From NCBI GenBank assembly GCA_964577985.1, contig CAZOAR010000002.1:13130-77129 (forward strand): a stretch of 64,000 nucleotides of DNA. The letters are read 5' to 3'. This document shows, in pieces, positions 1 through 10,010 of the stretch (its first letter is position 1; the number at the start of each line of letters is the position of its first letter). This stretch comes from an uncultured Gemmatimonadota bacterium. Its GTDB lineage: Bacteria > Gemmatimonadota > CAZMKB01 > CAZNLH01. The notes beneath the pieces were generated by a model. It saw nothing but the letters and a program-made list of their open reading frames with translations, ran no database searches and was not told where the DNA came from. The position numbers and the translations under genes are program-made.

Positions 1-593
1 GCACGCCGCAATTCCTCGGTCTCCATGTTCCGCAGCACCAGCCGGCACCGCACCACGCAGTGCCGCTCCGGTTTGTAGCTCAGTATATCGAGGCACGACC
101 TCTTTCCGCTGATCCACCACGGCCTGGGCGCCATCGTGGTTAGATTGCTCATGGCTATCCGTTTCAGCTTGCTCGAATCCAGGACGAATCGAAGCCTCCT
201 GAGGCAACGGTCGTTCGGGAAGAATGACAGGATAAAGTGGAAGTCCGGGATGTAGAGAACGGGCGGACCGAAACGGGGTGTGGCGGTATGCGTCTTCAGC
301 GCCTTTTCATATTCTTTCTTCCCCTCGTCGGGCGATACGAATCTCCCGTAGGCCCGCTGGACTTCCACACCCCCATTGCCCCCGGAAGCGAATCTGAGAG
401 AATAACCGATGATGCAACTTATGCCGGGCTTGTAGCGGACATATTCGGGCACACACTCTCTGAGAGCGGATTCCCCCCCGACCGATTCCGGCGGAAGGTG
501 TCGTCTGATGACTGCGGCCATCTCTTCCGCGTCCAGGGCGTCCGCCAGCCTGGGAAACAGCGGGTCGCGGGGCACGGGAAAGGATCGATTCAT
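1..593 (-). CDS. Partial gene (5' end in window, continues past position 1); hypothetical protein, possibly phosphotransferase/kinase-like
   Basis: Minus-strand frame is open from the ATG at 593..591 to the window edge (about 197 codons, no stop; checked by hand). The ATG overlaps the TGA stop of the upstream ABC transporter (ATGA coupling). N-terminus MNRSFPVPRDPLFPRLADAL…YVRYKPGISCIIGYSLRF. Missing from the ORF track only because it has no stop inside the window. Functional guess is weak. Confidence 0.45.
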   Translation of the reverse strand, partial: MNRSFPVPRDPLFPRLADALDAEEMAAVIRRHLPPESVGGESALRECVPEYVRYKPGISCIIGYSLRFASGGNGGVEVQRAYGRFVSPDEGKKEYEKALKTHTATPRFGPPVLYIPDFHFILSFFPNDRCLRRLRFVLDSSKLKRIAMSNLTTMAPRPWWISGKRSCLDILSYKPERHCVVRCRLVLRNMETEELRR

Positions 594-2446
594 CGCCCCT
601 CCTCCCCGCTGCCGCCCTCGCCTCCGGAGGCCAGCTGCATTGAATAGAGTTCATGGTAACGGCTTCCCGTCTTCATCAACTGGTCGTGGGAGCCGTCTTC
701 GATTATTGAAGTCCCCTCCAGGACCAGAATACGATCCGCGGAGGAGATGGTGGAAAAATGGTGCGCGATCACTATGCATGTGCGCTTCTCGGTCATGCGG
801 GTCAGGGAATCAACAACCAGAAACTCCGACTCGACATCGAGACCGGTGGTCGGTTCGTCCAGGATAATAATCGGAGCGTCACGGACTGCGGCTCTGGCCA
901 GGGAGATGCGCTGTTTCTGCCCCCGCGAGAGCGTAGAACCCTGTTCTCCCACGATGGTGTCGTATCCGTCTTCCATGTTCATTATAAAATCGTGAGCGTT
1001 GGCGATCTTTGTGGCCTGGATGATCTCCTCCTCGGTGGCTTCCGGCTTGCCCAGGGCGATGTTCTCCCTTATGGAGAGCCCGAACATGGAGGGCTCATGC
1101 ATGATTACGCTGATCTGGTTCCGGAGGGATTCCAGGGTGATCTCCCGGAGGTCGTAACCGTCGATCCGGACGGCGCCCTGTGCAGGGTCGTAGAAGCGGA
1201 GAACAAGGTTCACCAGAGTCGTCTTTCCCGTCCCCGATGGGCCGACGAGCGCGACCGTCTGCCCCGGCTCGATAGCAAAGTTGATGTCCCGCAGGACGCA
1301 GTCGGAATCACCATAGGAGAAAGAGACATTGTCGAACGCGATCTCTCCACGGAAAGGGGCAGCTGCGATCGCCCCGGGAGAGTCCTTGATCTCAGGTTCT
1401 ATATCGAGGATCTCGAGTACCCTCTCACCACATGCCGTGGCCTTCGCCACACGCGAGGTGAGCTTCGAGAGCTTCCTCAACGGTCTATACATGTCCTTCA
1501 TATACGAGACGAACACCAGCAGATCCCCCGGCGTGAGAACACCATCCATGACCCTCCTGACGCCGAACCATAGCACAACACAGGAGCCCCCCGCCAGGAC
1601 CAGCTCGATGATCCGTTGAAAAGAGGCGGCGAGCCTGGTTGACTTCAGGCCTGCGCGCAGATTGCTTCGATTGAACCTCGAGAACTTGTCGTACTGGAGG
1701 TTCTCGAGAGAGAACGCGTGAACGAGGGAGATAAAATTGAGCGACTCATGGGCCAGGGAAGCCACCCGCCCCTCGTTGCGCCTGGCGCGGTTGGTCGCTT
1801 CCTTGATACCCCGTGTGTATTTCCCTATTGAGATCATCAGGATGGGCACCGTCACCAGCGCCATCAGCGTGAGTTGCCAGTCCATGATGAACATGATCAC
1901 GATCATGCCGGTGAGGACGAGTACTCCGCCGGTAGCGGTGACTATGAAGTTGACGAGCATCTCCTTCAGGAGATTGATGTCCCCGGTCAGACGGACTAGC
2001 AGGTCACCGGACTTCTGCGTGTCGTGAAACGAACGGGACGATCGCTGGATGTGGTCATACAGCCTGCGGCGGATGGATGCCGCTGTTCTCTGGCCGACTT
2101 CGGCGGTCTGGACCTCTTCGCTGTAAGAGAAGAGCCCCCTGAAAAAGGCGATCAGCACGATCGAGACGCATGCAGCAGTGAGGAGCCATACTGGTCCCTT
2201 CTCCAGCAGGTCGGGGACCAGGGGATACTTCATCACCTTGTGTTTCTGGAAGAGGATCCCGTCGAAGATTATCTTGATGGGCCATGGCCGCAGGATATCC
2301 ATGGCCATCAATCCGAATCCGCTCAGCAGGGCCATTCCAAGCTTGCCACGGAAACGCACGATATACTCGTAGAAATAACCATATATCCGCCCGACGGCCT
2401 TGAATTCAATCCCCTTGAGGGTGGGGAACATCTCCGTCAATCGCAT
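590..2446 (-). CDS. ABC transporter, fused permease/ATP-binding protein (MsbA/exporter type)
   Basis: 618 aa. N-terminal half is hydrophobic (6-TM-like). Walker A GPSGTGKTTL, ABC signature LSRGQKQRISLARA, Walker B IIILDEPT. Confidence 0.85.
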   Translation of the reverse strand: MRLTEMFPTLKGIEFKAVGRIYGYFYEYIVRFRGKLGMALLSGFGLMAMDILRPWPIKIIFDGILFQKHKVMKYPLVPDLLEKGPVWLLTAACVSIVLIAFFRGLFSYSEEVQTAEVGQRTAASIRRRLYDHIQRSSRSFHDTQKSGDLLVRLTGDINLLKEMLVNFIVTATGGVLVLTGMIVIMFIMDWQLTLMALVTVPILMISIGKYTRGIKEATNRARRNEGRVASLAHESLNFISLVHAFSLENLQYDKFSRFNRSNLRAGLKSTRLAASFQRIIELVLAGGSCVVLWFGVRRVMDGVLTPGDLLVFVSYMKDMYRPLRKLSKLTSRVAKATACGERVLEILDIEPEIKDSPGAIAAAPFRGEIAFDNVSFSYGDSDCVLRDINFAIEPGQTVALVGPSGTGKTTLVNLVLRFYDPAQGAVRIDGYDLREITLESLRNQISVIMHEPSMFGLSIRENIALGKPEATEEEIIQATKIANAHDFIMNMEDGYDTIVGEQGSTLSRGQKQRISLARAAVRDAPIIILDEPTTGLDVESEFLVVDSLTRMTEKRTCIVIAHHFSTISSADRILVLEGTSIIEDGSHDQLMKTGSRYHELYSMQLASGGEGGSGEEGR

Positions 2447-3702
2447 CGAGACACCCCCTCGAACAACCCCGCCAGCCGCTGGATCGTCCGGTCTATATGG
2501 TATTCACTCTCCACCTCATCTCGCGCGGCAGCTTTGAGCCTGTCCCTCAGCCCCTCATCGTCAAGCAGCAGTTCCAGGGCGCGGGCCAGCCCTTCTGAGT
2601 CGCCGGGAGAAACGAGAAGGCCCGTCCGATTATGCCGGATCAGTTCCGGGATACCGGTGATCGGGGTGGTCACGACCGGAATCCCCATCGCCATCGCTTC
2701 CTCTATGGCCACGGGGAGGCCATCCTTGTCGCCATTCTGCGCCTCTACACACGGAAGGGTGAACACCGTCGCCTTGCGGTAATGACCCTGGACGAGTTCA
2801 TCCTGCGTGCACGATCCCCTCAGGTGCACATATTCCTCGAGTCCGTAGTGGTGTATACGCCCTTCAATCTCCTCCCGCAGCGGCCCGTGACCGACAATAG
2901 AGCAGGAAAAACTCTTTCCGCGATCTCTCAGCAGGGCGCACGCGTCAACGAGAAATGGAAAACCCTTCTTCTCTATCAACCGCCCGACGGAAAGTATGAT
3001 CGGCCTTCGCTCCAGCTTGGGCTCACCGTTGTTGAGGGGAAAGTTGTCCACGGGGATTCCGTTCCTGATGACGTGAATATCAGCCTCGGGACAGATTTCC
3101 TCCAGGTGCTTCCTGTTGTATTCGCTGATCGTCACCACGAAGCTCGCCGTCTGAAGCCGCCGCTTGAGCTGTCCCCGGCTCACCCTGTCGGTAAATATGT
3201 CTTTCGCGTGGGCCGTAAAGCTGAATGGCACGCCGGTCATCAGGTGTATGTACTTGGCAAGCCGGGTACTCCCCGAGGCGAAATGCGCGTGGAGGTGTTG
3301 GATGTCGCCGGATATTACGCCTCGGCTGGCATACCCGGCCAGCATGAACTTCTTCATTGACTCACTGCTGCGGCGTTTCAGCGCGTGCCGAAGACACCGG
3401 AGGTACCCGCCCGGACGGTGGAGCAGCGTGAATAAGTGGGCGGGTATGAATCGGCCAGCGCGTTTCCAGGAAGCCTTCGGCAGGTAGCAAACCGGAGCCT
3501 GAATCTTCTCTACGAATGGATGTACCTTATCCATCGGGTTCTTCATCGAGAAAACCCGGACATCAAAGCCCCTGCGTTCAAGTGCCAGGATCTCATGCGC
3601 TATGAAGGTCTCCGAAAGCCTCGGAAACCGCTTCAGGATATAAGCGACCCGGGTACCACGGCTTCCCGTTCCTTGACCCCGCAGATCTCTTTCGCGATGC
3701 AT
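2437..3702 (-). CDS. Glycosyltransferase family 4 (GT1-fold), EPS/LPS type
   Basis: 421 aa. N-terminal YILKRFPRLSETFI motif typical of WcaL-like GT4 enzymes. C-terminal GT1-fold EX7E-like region (VEAQNGDKDGLPVAIEEAMAMGIPVV). Start uncertain because it overlaps the next gene by about 70 nt. Confidence 0.75.
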   Translation of the reverse strand: MHRERDLRGQGTGSRGTRVAYILKRFPRLSETFIAHEILALERRGFDVRVFSMKNPMDKVHPFVEKIQAPVCYLPKASWKRAGRFIPAHLFTLLHRPGGYLRCLRHALKRRSSESMKKFMLAGYASRGVISGDIQHLHAHFASGSTRLAKYIHLMTGVPFSFTAHAKDIFTDRVSRGQLKRRLQTASFVVTISEYNRKHLEEICPEADIHVIRNGIPVDNFPLNNGEPKLERRPIILSVGRLIEKKGFPFLVDACALLRDRGKSFSCSIVGHGPLREEIEGRIHHYGLEEYVHLRGSCTQDELVQGHYRKATVFTLPCVEAQNGDKDGLPVAIEEAMAMGIPVVTTPITGIPELIRHNRTGLLVSPGDSEGLARALELLLDDEGLRDRLKAAARDEVESEYHIDRTIQRLAGLFEGVSRCD

Positions 3703-4922
3703 ATTACCTCTTCCGCGTTTCTGTTCCAGTTTCGGTTTCTCTCAAGGATAAACCTCCGGGCCTCGTCCCCCATCATCCGGCCAAAATCGGGGTTGTACCG
3801 GAGATAGAGGATCTTCCCTGCCAGTCCCGGGATATCTCCAGGCGGGGTCAGAAGTCCTGTTTCCCCATCTCCGAGGATCTCTTCGATCTGACCGATACCG
3901 CTGGCAATAATCGGCCTGGCCATCGACATATACTCGAATATCTTCATAGGCGAGAAGTAGAAGTCGGGGATCCTGCCATAGGGAGCGACTGCCACATCCA
4001 TGCACGCCAGATATGATGGGATCTCGGTGTATGGAACCTCACCCGTGATTGTTATGCGGTCGGAGAGCTTCTTCTCCTGCATCAACTCCTCGACCCAACC
4101 CCGGAGAGGTCCGTTTCCCACGAGGAGGAGATGAAAGTCCGGGTGGTCTGCCCAGAGGATGTTCATCGCCTCAACGAGTTCCCGGATTCCATGCCACGAC
4201 TTGAGTGAGCCGAGAAAACCTACAACATAGCTGTCCTGCGGCAGTTCCCTGCGAGTTCTTGCCTCGTCCTTCTCCAGGCAGGTCGCCGGGTTGAAGAGTA
4301 ATGGATCCACTGCATTCGGCACGACATGTATCTTTTTTGAGGAAACACCCTCCCTCCGTGCATAGTCACGGACCTCCTCCGATACGGCAACAATAGCGTC
4401 CGACTGCCGGAAACACACCTCTTCGATCCCCCTGGCGACCGTCTTGAGGCGGAGATGTCGATATCTCTCCTGCTCAACAAAGAGGGGCGAGTTGACCTCC
4501 AGTATATAAGGAATTCCGAGTGTTTTCGCGGCCGATGAGGCGGCAAAGCTCCAGAGCGAATATCGCTCGTAGATGCAGTCTATCGGCTTTCCTTGATGGA
4601 TCGATTCGATGACCTCGTAGAACGTTCTGTTCAGGAGGAGAGCGCGGATCTCGCGGACCATCTCGTCATGTTTCCCACCTGCACCGCAGATCCCGGCCAG
4701 ATTCTCCACCATCATGGTCTCCGGTTCGGCCAACCTCACCTCCCGGATATGGGCGGCACAGTTGTTATTCCCACGGCGCCCGGAACGAGCCGTCAGGACG
4801 TTCACATCGTTCCCGAGCCCGTGCAGCGCCCGCGTCAACTCCCGGACATGAACGGACGCGCCCTTGTTTCCAAGGATGGGGACTCCTGAATCCGCTGACA
4901 CGAATACGATCTTCACAGGCAA
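3633..4922 (-). CDS. Glycosyltransferase family 4
   Basis: 429 aa. GT4 N-domain (KIVFVSADSGVPILGNKGASVHVRELTRAL). C-terminal retaining GT-B motif (…APYGRIPDFYFSPMKIFEYMSMARPIIAS…). Confidence 0.8.
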   Translation of the reverse strand: MPVKIVFVSADSGVPILGNKGASVHVRELTRALHGLGNDVNVLTARSGRRGNNNCAAHIREVRLAEPETMMVENLAGICGAGGKHDEMVREIRALLLNRTFYEVIESIHQGKPIDCIYERYSLWSFAASSAAKTLGIPYILEVNSPLFVEQERYRHLRLKTVARGIEEVCFRQSDAIVAVSEEVRDYARREGVSSKKIHVVPNAVDPLLFNPATCLEKDEARTRRELPQDSYVVGFLGSLKSWHGIRELVEAMNILWADHPDFHLLLVGNGPLRGWVEELMQEKKLSDRITITGEVPYTEIPSYLACMDVAVAPYGRIPDFYFSPMKIFEYMSMARPIIASGIGQIEEILGDGETGLLTPPGDIPGLAGKILYLRYNPDFGRMMGDEARRFILERNRNWNRNAEEVICIAKEICGVKEREAVVPGSLIS

Positions 4923-6172
4923 TCCTCCACCGGCCGTTTGCTTCTAAATTCCGTTGAGTGCGGGGCGGGACTCGAGGCACAACCCATTGATCCCCTGTCA
5001 TTGCGAAGGGCTTCAACCCTGTCCGTAATGGAATCAAGCCCCCGAAAGTCTACCAATCCGAAGGGATGGGGTGACCGCCGGGAGTTATCCAGGCTGTCGA
5101 TAATCTCTGCCGCCAGTCTATCCGGTGACAGTTCGAGGGGGTGGATCATCTTCAGGAGCCCCATCCCCGAGAATTTCCTGGCGCGGATCAACTGCTCTGT
5201 CCGGGGGGTGATCCGTGGTATTGTTATGGCGGATTTGTTCAGTGAGAGGATCTCGCATATCGTGTTGTATCCGGACATCGAGACAACGACGTCCGAGATC
5301 GCCATATAGTCGATCAGGTTCGGCATATAATCGCGGTAGATGAACGAGTCATTCATCCCTGTATCTGGAAGTATGGACTTGAGACGATCCGCAGGGAAGT
5401 CCGGCCCGGTCACGATCATGGCCGCAGTATCACCGGAGCTCGATAGTTCTGACATCGCTCTATGGAAGACCGGTACTATCCCGTGGCCGTCTCCACCACC
5501 CCCGAGCGTCAGCAGAACCAGCTTCCGGTCGCCCAATCCGATCTCCCGTCTGATCTTCTCAGGCTCGGCCGATGACCCGTCGCGCCTCAGGTAGCCGCAA
5601 TAGTGGATCATTTCCGCCAGCTTCCGGGGGAATCCGTAGACCTCCACGACATCCATGATCTGCGGAGAACCGTAAACCCATATTTCGTCGTAGAACTCCT
5701 GAAGCGCGTCGTAAGCGCCGGTTTCCTCCCACTCGGTGCGGACGTGCTCCGGACTGTCGAGGATGTCTCTCATCCCCAGGATGACCTTTGTCTGGTTCTG
5801 CCCTTCTCGAAGATAGCGCAGGGAGGCGATAAGCTCGTGATCTATCCCCGTGGGGACCTTGTCTGCGACGAATATGTCCGGCTGATAACCCTTCAGCGCG
5901 TTGAGAATAATCTCCCGGCGGAGCGTTTTCACTTCAGACGGCGCGCCGCTCAGGAACTTGGGTTGATAGCAGCCATTAGTCACCTTGGTCAGGCATGGCA
6001 CTTTCACATAATCGACATTCCTGGGTATTCTCATCTCGTGGATCATGGAAGAACCCGACACTATCAGCACGGACAGATCTGTCATAGAGGAACTCAGGTG
6101 CTCGGCTATCAGCAATGTCCGGCGGATATGCCCGAGCCCGAACGTGTCGTGAGAATACATGGCCAGTTTCAC
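4913..6172 (-). CDS. Glycosyltransferase, GT-B fold (MGT/GT28-like)
   Basis: 419 aa. GTG start with a GGAGAGGAG RBS. N-terminal MYSHDTFGLGHIRR motif and a C-terminal GGGGDGHG loop resemble MurG/UDP-glycosyltransferase-like GT-B enzymes. Confidence 0.55.
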   Translation of the reverse strand: MKLAMYSHDTFGLGHIRRTLLIAEHLSSSMTDLSVLIVSGSSMIHEMRIPRNVDYVKVPCLTKVTNGCYQPKFLSGAPSEVKTLRREIILNALKGYQPDIFVADKVPTGIDHELIASLRYLREGQNQTKVILGMRDILDSPEHVRTEWEETGAYDALQEFYDEIWVYGSPQIMDVVEVYGFPRKLAEMIHYCGYLRRDGSSAEPEKIRREIGLGDRKLVLLTLGGGGDGHGIVPVFHRAMSELSSSGDTAAMIVTGPDFPADRLKSILPDTGMNDSFIYRDYMPNLIDYMAISDVVVSMSGYNTICEILSLNKSAITIPRITPRTEQLIRARKFSGMGLLKMIHPLELSPDRLAAEIIDSLDNSRRSPHPFGLVDFRGLDSITDRVEALRNDRGSMGCASSPAPHSTEFRSKRPVEDCL

Positions 6173-6232
6173 TGGTCTACTCCTCTCCGGATTGACAAGA
6201 ATATCATCATCTGGTATACTTATAAAGGCTGA

Positions 6233-6255
6233 TAAAAAGGGGGCAGATGCCCCCT
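6233..6255 (-). terminator. Rho-independent terminator downstream of the TPR gene
   Basis: Minus-strand RNA reads AGGGGGCAUCUGCCCCCUUUUUAU: a perfect 7-bp GC stem with a 2-nt loop, followed by a U-run. Plus strand shows ataaaaagggggcagatgccccct. Confidence 0.55.
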
Positions 6256-6362
6256 CAGCACCGTACAGCGGTCTATGTCAGCCAGGGGATATCGGACTCA
6301 GCTGGTCGCCAACATCCGGTATCTCCATGGAATGGCTCGCCCTGCACGGCTGAGCCATTCTT

Positions 6363-7511
6363 TTATTGTTTCGTCATCCCGTCCAGGATTCCTTGAACTT
6401 CCCGAATCTTCCTGGGTTCATTGAGTTTTTCCAGGAGAGCCCTTGATTCGTTCAGTGCCTCCGTAGCCGCCACCCTGTCACCCTTCTCCTTCCAGCAGAT
6501 CCCGTAGTCGCGTAACACATCAGCCAGTCCCCTCTCATCCTCTAATTGCCGATGGAGGTCAATACTCTCTCGAAAAGATTTCCGGAACTCGTCGTCCGCC
6601 CCCTGCCGATGACATACAACACCACGCAACCTGTACGCATCCGCCATACCCACTTTATCGCCCAACCCGGTGAATATCTCCAGCGCCAGATCAACAAACG
6701 ATCTCGCCCCTGGAAAATCACCTTCCCCTGTCAGCATCTCCGCTCTTCGCAGATGGAGCATCGCCTGGAGGTCTCTCTCGTCGATATCACCCGCCAGGTC
6801 CATCCCTATCTCCAGGTTCTTCTGAAACTCCTCCTCGTCACCTTTTTCTTCGAAAGCAAGGGTCAGGTTGTAATGAGTCTGAGCCATTCCGCGAATGTCC
6901 CCTTCCCTCTCATAACCAACGAGGGCATCACGGTATCGAACAACGGCCCCCTCCAGGTCACCATTCTCTTGTGACAGGATCGCCAGATTGTTGTTAGCCT
7001 GCGCCATCAGCCTCGGTTCGTCTTCTTCTTCCGCGATCGTAAGGGACTCCTCGAAACACTCTCTTGCCTTCTGCATATCGCCCTTCTCGAAATAGACCGC
7101 CCCAAGATTGTTGCAGGCGTAGGCCCTCCCGGTGCGTGAATCTATGCGTCGGCATATCTCCATGCTTTCATTGTTGCATCGAACGGCCTCCTGCCAGTCG
7201 CCCTGCAGCCTGTGGATATGGCCCATCCACCTGAAGAGGTTCGCCTCGGTCTCCCGCTCATCGATATCCGCGGCCAGTTCCCTTGCCTGTTGATACGCAT
7301 CGAGGGCGCGCTTCCAGTGCCCCGTGATGTCATAGGTTCTGCTGATCCCCACGAGGATACTGAGCTCCATCTTCCGGTCGAGCCTGTGTGGCATTTCATC
7401 CCGGATAGTCTTCCACAGGAGTTCTATATACCGGACGCCTGATTCCTGCGAGGTTGATTTCGCAATCGGCTTGTCCATTTTCACACCAAGTAACCTTCCC
7501 GTCGGTGGCAT
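6363..7511 (-). CDS. Tetratricopeptide (TPR) repeat protein
   Basis: 382 aa with repeated 34-aa A/Y/L-rich units (…AYACNNLGAVYFEKGDMQKARECFEESL…, …AQTHYNLTLAFEEKGD…). Confidence 0.7.
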   Translation of the reverse strand: MPPTGRLLGVKMDKPIAKSTSQESGVRYIELLWKTIRDEMPHRLDRKMELSILVGISRTYDITGHWKRALDAYQQARELAADIDERETEANLFRWMGHIHRLQGDWQEAVRCNNESMEICRRIDSRTGRAYACNNLGAVYFEKGDMQKARECFEESLTIAEEEDEPRLMAQANNNLAILSQENGDLEGAVVRYRDALVGYEREGDIRGMAQTHYNLTLAFEEKGDEEEFQKNLEIGMDLAGDIDERDLQAMLHLRRAEMLTGEGDFPGARSFVDLALEIFTGLGDKVGMADAYRLRGVVCHRQGADDEFRKSFRESIDLHRQLEDERGLADVLRDYGICWKEKGDRVAATEALNESRALLEKLNEPRKIREVQGILDGMTKQ

Positions 7512-7531
7512 CGCAAAACACCCGGACCTGA

Positions 7532-8257
7532 TCAGTTGTGATCAGCCAGGGCGTATCTCCCACTATTCTGCTCCGGAGGAGGAAAAGAGGTGACATCCAC
7601 GGTGACGCAATTTCCTACCGTATCGACCAGCCCCCCGACTATGTCCCAGTTCTGGATGTCCGGGAGCCACTGGTCGATAGAAACATTCTCTTCGTTCACC
7701 AGGTAGAGGCTGGCACTATCATAGGAAAGTCGTACCTCCACCGGGATATTGAACGACAGGTCAGGAGGATAGACCCAGTACTCAACGATAGAGGATTCAG
7801 GGATATACAGGACAACCCACGTATCCTGGTCGACGGCGAATGGCGGAATATCGATATGATTTTCCCCAATCTCGACCTCCCCTCCCTCTTCGACACTGAT
7901 CAACGCGGCATCCCATAACCGGACGTCGCTATCGTCCTCCCTCTCGAGCTCGTCGTCATCCCCTCCATTCAATTCGTCGGTTCCTCCGATAGCTATGGGG
8001 ATCGACCGATTTATCCGCATCATCAGGGATACGGGCGGTGGGCCGGTCTTGATTCCCTCGTCGATCCGGGGCGCATCCGGCAATCGACTCGTCTCGCATC
8101 CTGTAAGGAGCAGGACAAGGGAAAAGACCACGCCGAGCAATATCCCCGGCCTTTCTCGTGGTTCACAGTGCATTCTAAAACCTCCAGCAACAGATTGAGT
8201 GGAACTGGCTTCTGCCGTATCAACCATGGCAAGGGATATGCCAGGAATCAAACCCAT
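7532..8257 (-). CDS. Hypothetical lipoprotein
   Basis: Hydrophobic segment followed by a lipobox LLLTG|C. Acidic, low-complexity mature region. The true start is probably an internal Met (MHCEPRER…). Confidence 0.5.
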   Translation of the reverse strand: MGLIPGISLAMVDTAEASSTQSVAGGFRMHCEPRERPGILLGVVFSLVLLLTGCETSRLPDAPRIDEGIKTGPPPVSLMMRINRSIPIAIGGTDELNGGDDDELEREDDSDVRLWDAALISVEEGGEVEIGENHIDIPPFAVDQDTWVVLYIPESSIVEYWVYPPDLSFNIPVEVRLSYDSASLYLVNEENVSIDQWLPDIQNWDIVGGLVDTVGNCVTVDVTSFPPPEQNSGRYALADHN

Positions 8258-8463
8258 CCGGTTGCATTCTTCAAGATAGTGTGTTCCAATATGTTAGGGC
8301 AATATGCCCGGGGGAATGCCCGTGCAATAGGCGCCGGAAAGACACGACAGTGTAAAACATTACTATAAAGATATTTGACGGTGAGCAGGTCCCGTGGAAG
8401 GGTTAGAACATCTTTATCCTCAGAGAAGGGAGATCGAATCGGGAAGAGCGGTTTATTCGCGGA

Positions 8464-9840
8464 TCATGCCTGGCCGTGTCGCTTGATCATGCTGATCAGG
8501 GTCGGTCTCGACACACCGAGCATCCGGGCGGCCCTGCTCCTGTTGCCGCCGGCTATCCGAAGGGTCTCGGAGAGGAGTCTTTTCTCAACCTCCATTCTCG
8601 AAATCCCTTCCTCGGGTATATCCACCACAATCCGACCGGGCGACTCTCCCGAAGTGGTGCCGGAACCAGGAGACGAATCTCCGAAGGAGAAGATCGAGGG
8701 GTCTATTGATTCCCCATCCTGAAGGATGGCCGCTCTTTCAATCGCATTCTTCAGCTCCCGGATATTGCCCGGCCATGAATGGCCCTTCAGGGCTTCGATC
8801 GCCATAGGGGTGAGTTCCTTCGCGGGAAGCCCATAAGAATCAGTGAAACGATCAAGAAAATGACGGGCCAGGAGCGCTATGTCATCGACTCGTTCCCGGA
8901 GAGGAGGCAGGCGCAGGGATACGACGTTCAACCGGTAGTACATGTCCTGGCGGAAACGCCCCTCTTCGATCGCCTTTTCAAGGTCTATGTTCGTAGCGGC
9001 TATGATCCGGATATCAACCGGGATCATCTTCGTCCCGCCGAGCCGTCGAACGTTCCCGTACTCGATGGCGCGGAGCAGTTTGACCTGCAGGGAAGGATCG
9101 AGGTGGCCAATCTCGTCGAGGAACAATGTGCCTCCGTGGGCAGTCTCAAACAGTCCTTTCTTCCCTTCGGTGGCTCCCGTGAAGGCCCCTTTTTCGTGAC
9201 CGAAGAGTTCTGATTCGAGGAGTTTATCCGGAATAGCGCCACAATCCACCTCCACGAACGGCTCTTCAGGTCGTGCGATATGGAAGTGGATGGCCCTGGC
9301 GAGGAGTTCTTTCCCCGTGCCGGTCTCGCCCCGGATGAGGACAGGACTGATCCGTGCCCTGATAACCCTTTCGGCCACACCGAGGACCTCCTTCAGGCCT
9401 GGACTCTCGCCCAGAATACGACGGAAGTCATATCTCTTCTTCTGGTTGTCTAAATAACGGCTGCTCTGTCCCTCACGTGTCCGTTTTCTGGATCGTTCAA
9501 AGACCTCCTTGCGGAGCGAGTCCAGCTCCGCCGGCAGCAGAAAGAAGTCGCTCGCCCCGGCCTTCAATGACTTTACGGCCATGCGAACCGTTCCTTCTAA
9601 AGAAAAGGCCAGGATCTCGACATGATTCTCTGATCGAGCAAGTCGCCTGAGGACCGAGGGGCCACGCACGGAGGCGTCTACCTCGAATAAACACAGTGGG
9701 TATCCGGCAGGAAGACCCTTTGACGGGTCCTCCTGCATGACCAGCCGTATCCCTGCGTTCTTCAGTAACGATCGCTCGAGAAACCTGAGGGTCTCCTCGG
9801 AGCATATGCATATTATCTTGATTTCATCCGCCATTATCAT
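8464..9840 (-). CDS. Sigma-54-dependent transcriptional activator (NtrC family)
   Basis: AAA+ domain with GETGTGKELLARAIH and the GAFTGA sigma-54 contact motif. C-terminal Fis-type HTH (RSRAARMLGVSRPTLISMIKRHG). N-terminal receiver-like domain has non-canonical acidic pocket residues (IICICSEE). Start placed at an internal Met (MIMADEIK) by codon counting. Confidence 0.85.
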   Translation of the reverse strand: MIMADEIKIICICSEETLRFLERSLLKNAGIRLVMQEDPSKGLPAGYPLCLFEVDASVRGPSVLRRLARSENHVEILAFSLEGTVRMAVKSLKAGASDFFLLPAELDSLRKEVFERSRKRTREGQSSRYLDNQKKRYDFRRILGESPGLKEVLGVAERVIRARISPVLIRGETGTGKELLARAIHFHIARPEEPFVEVDCGAIPDKLLESELFGHEKGAFTGATEGKKGLFETAHGGTLFLDEIGHLDPSLQVKLLRAIEYGNVRRLGGTKMIPVDIRIIAATNIDLEKAIEEGRFRQDMYYRLNVVSLRLPPLRERVDDIALLARHFLDRFTDSYGLPAKELTPMAIEALKGHSWPGNIRELKNAIERAAILQDGESIDPSIFSFGDSSPGSGTTSGESPGRIVVDIPEEGISRMEVEKRLLSETLRIAGGNRSRAARMLGVSRPTLISMIKRHGQA

Positions 9841-9941
9841 CCGCCGTAACTGATTATTTAATATGTCATTATAGGTCATTTGGCGAGTGATGTCAACCCG
9901 CATCGCGAGTGAAGCAGCCGCACGCCGAGTTTCCCACAAGC

Positions 9942-9968
9942 TTGACAAATCGTTGCGACTTCTATACC
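9942..9968 (+). promoter_or_regulatory. Putative sigma-70-type promoter for the outer-membrane protein gene
   Basis: TTGACA, about 15-nt spacer, TATACC. AAGGAG RBS at about 10001. Spacer is slightly short. Confidence 0.3.
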
Positions 9969-10010
9969 TGTTTATTCTTTAGACGGAATCGGCCTGGAAA
10001 AAGGAGATGA

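Noticed and set aside
758-2782. Many 200-290-aa plus-strand ORFs antisense to the ABC and glycosyltransferase genes (e.g. 758..1573, 2024..2782)
   Set aside because: These are typical antisense ORFs of high-GC DNA. The opposite-strand proteins carry clear Walker and GT motifs.
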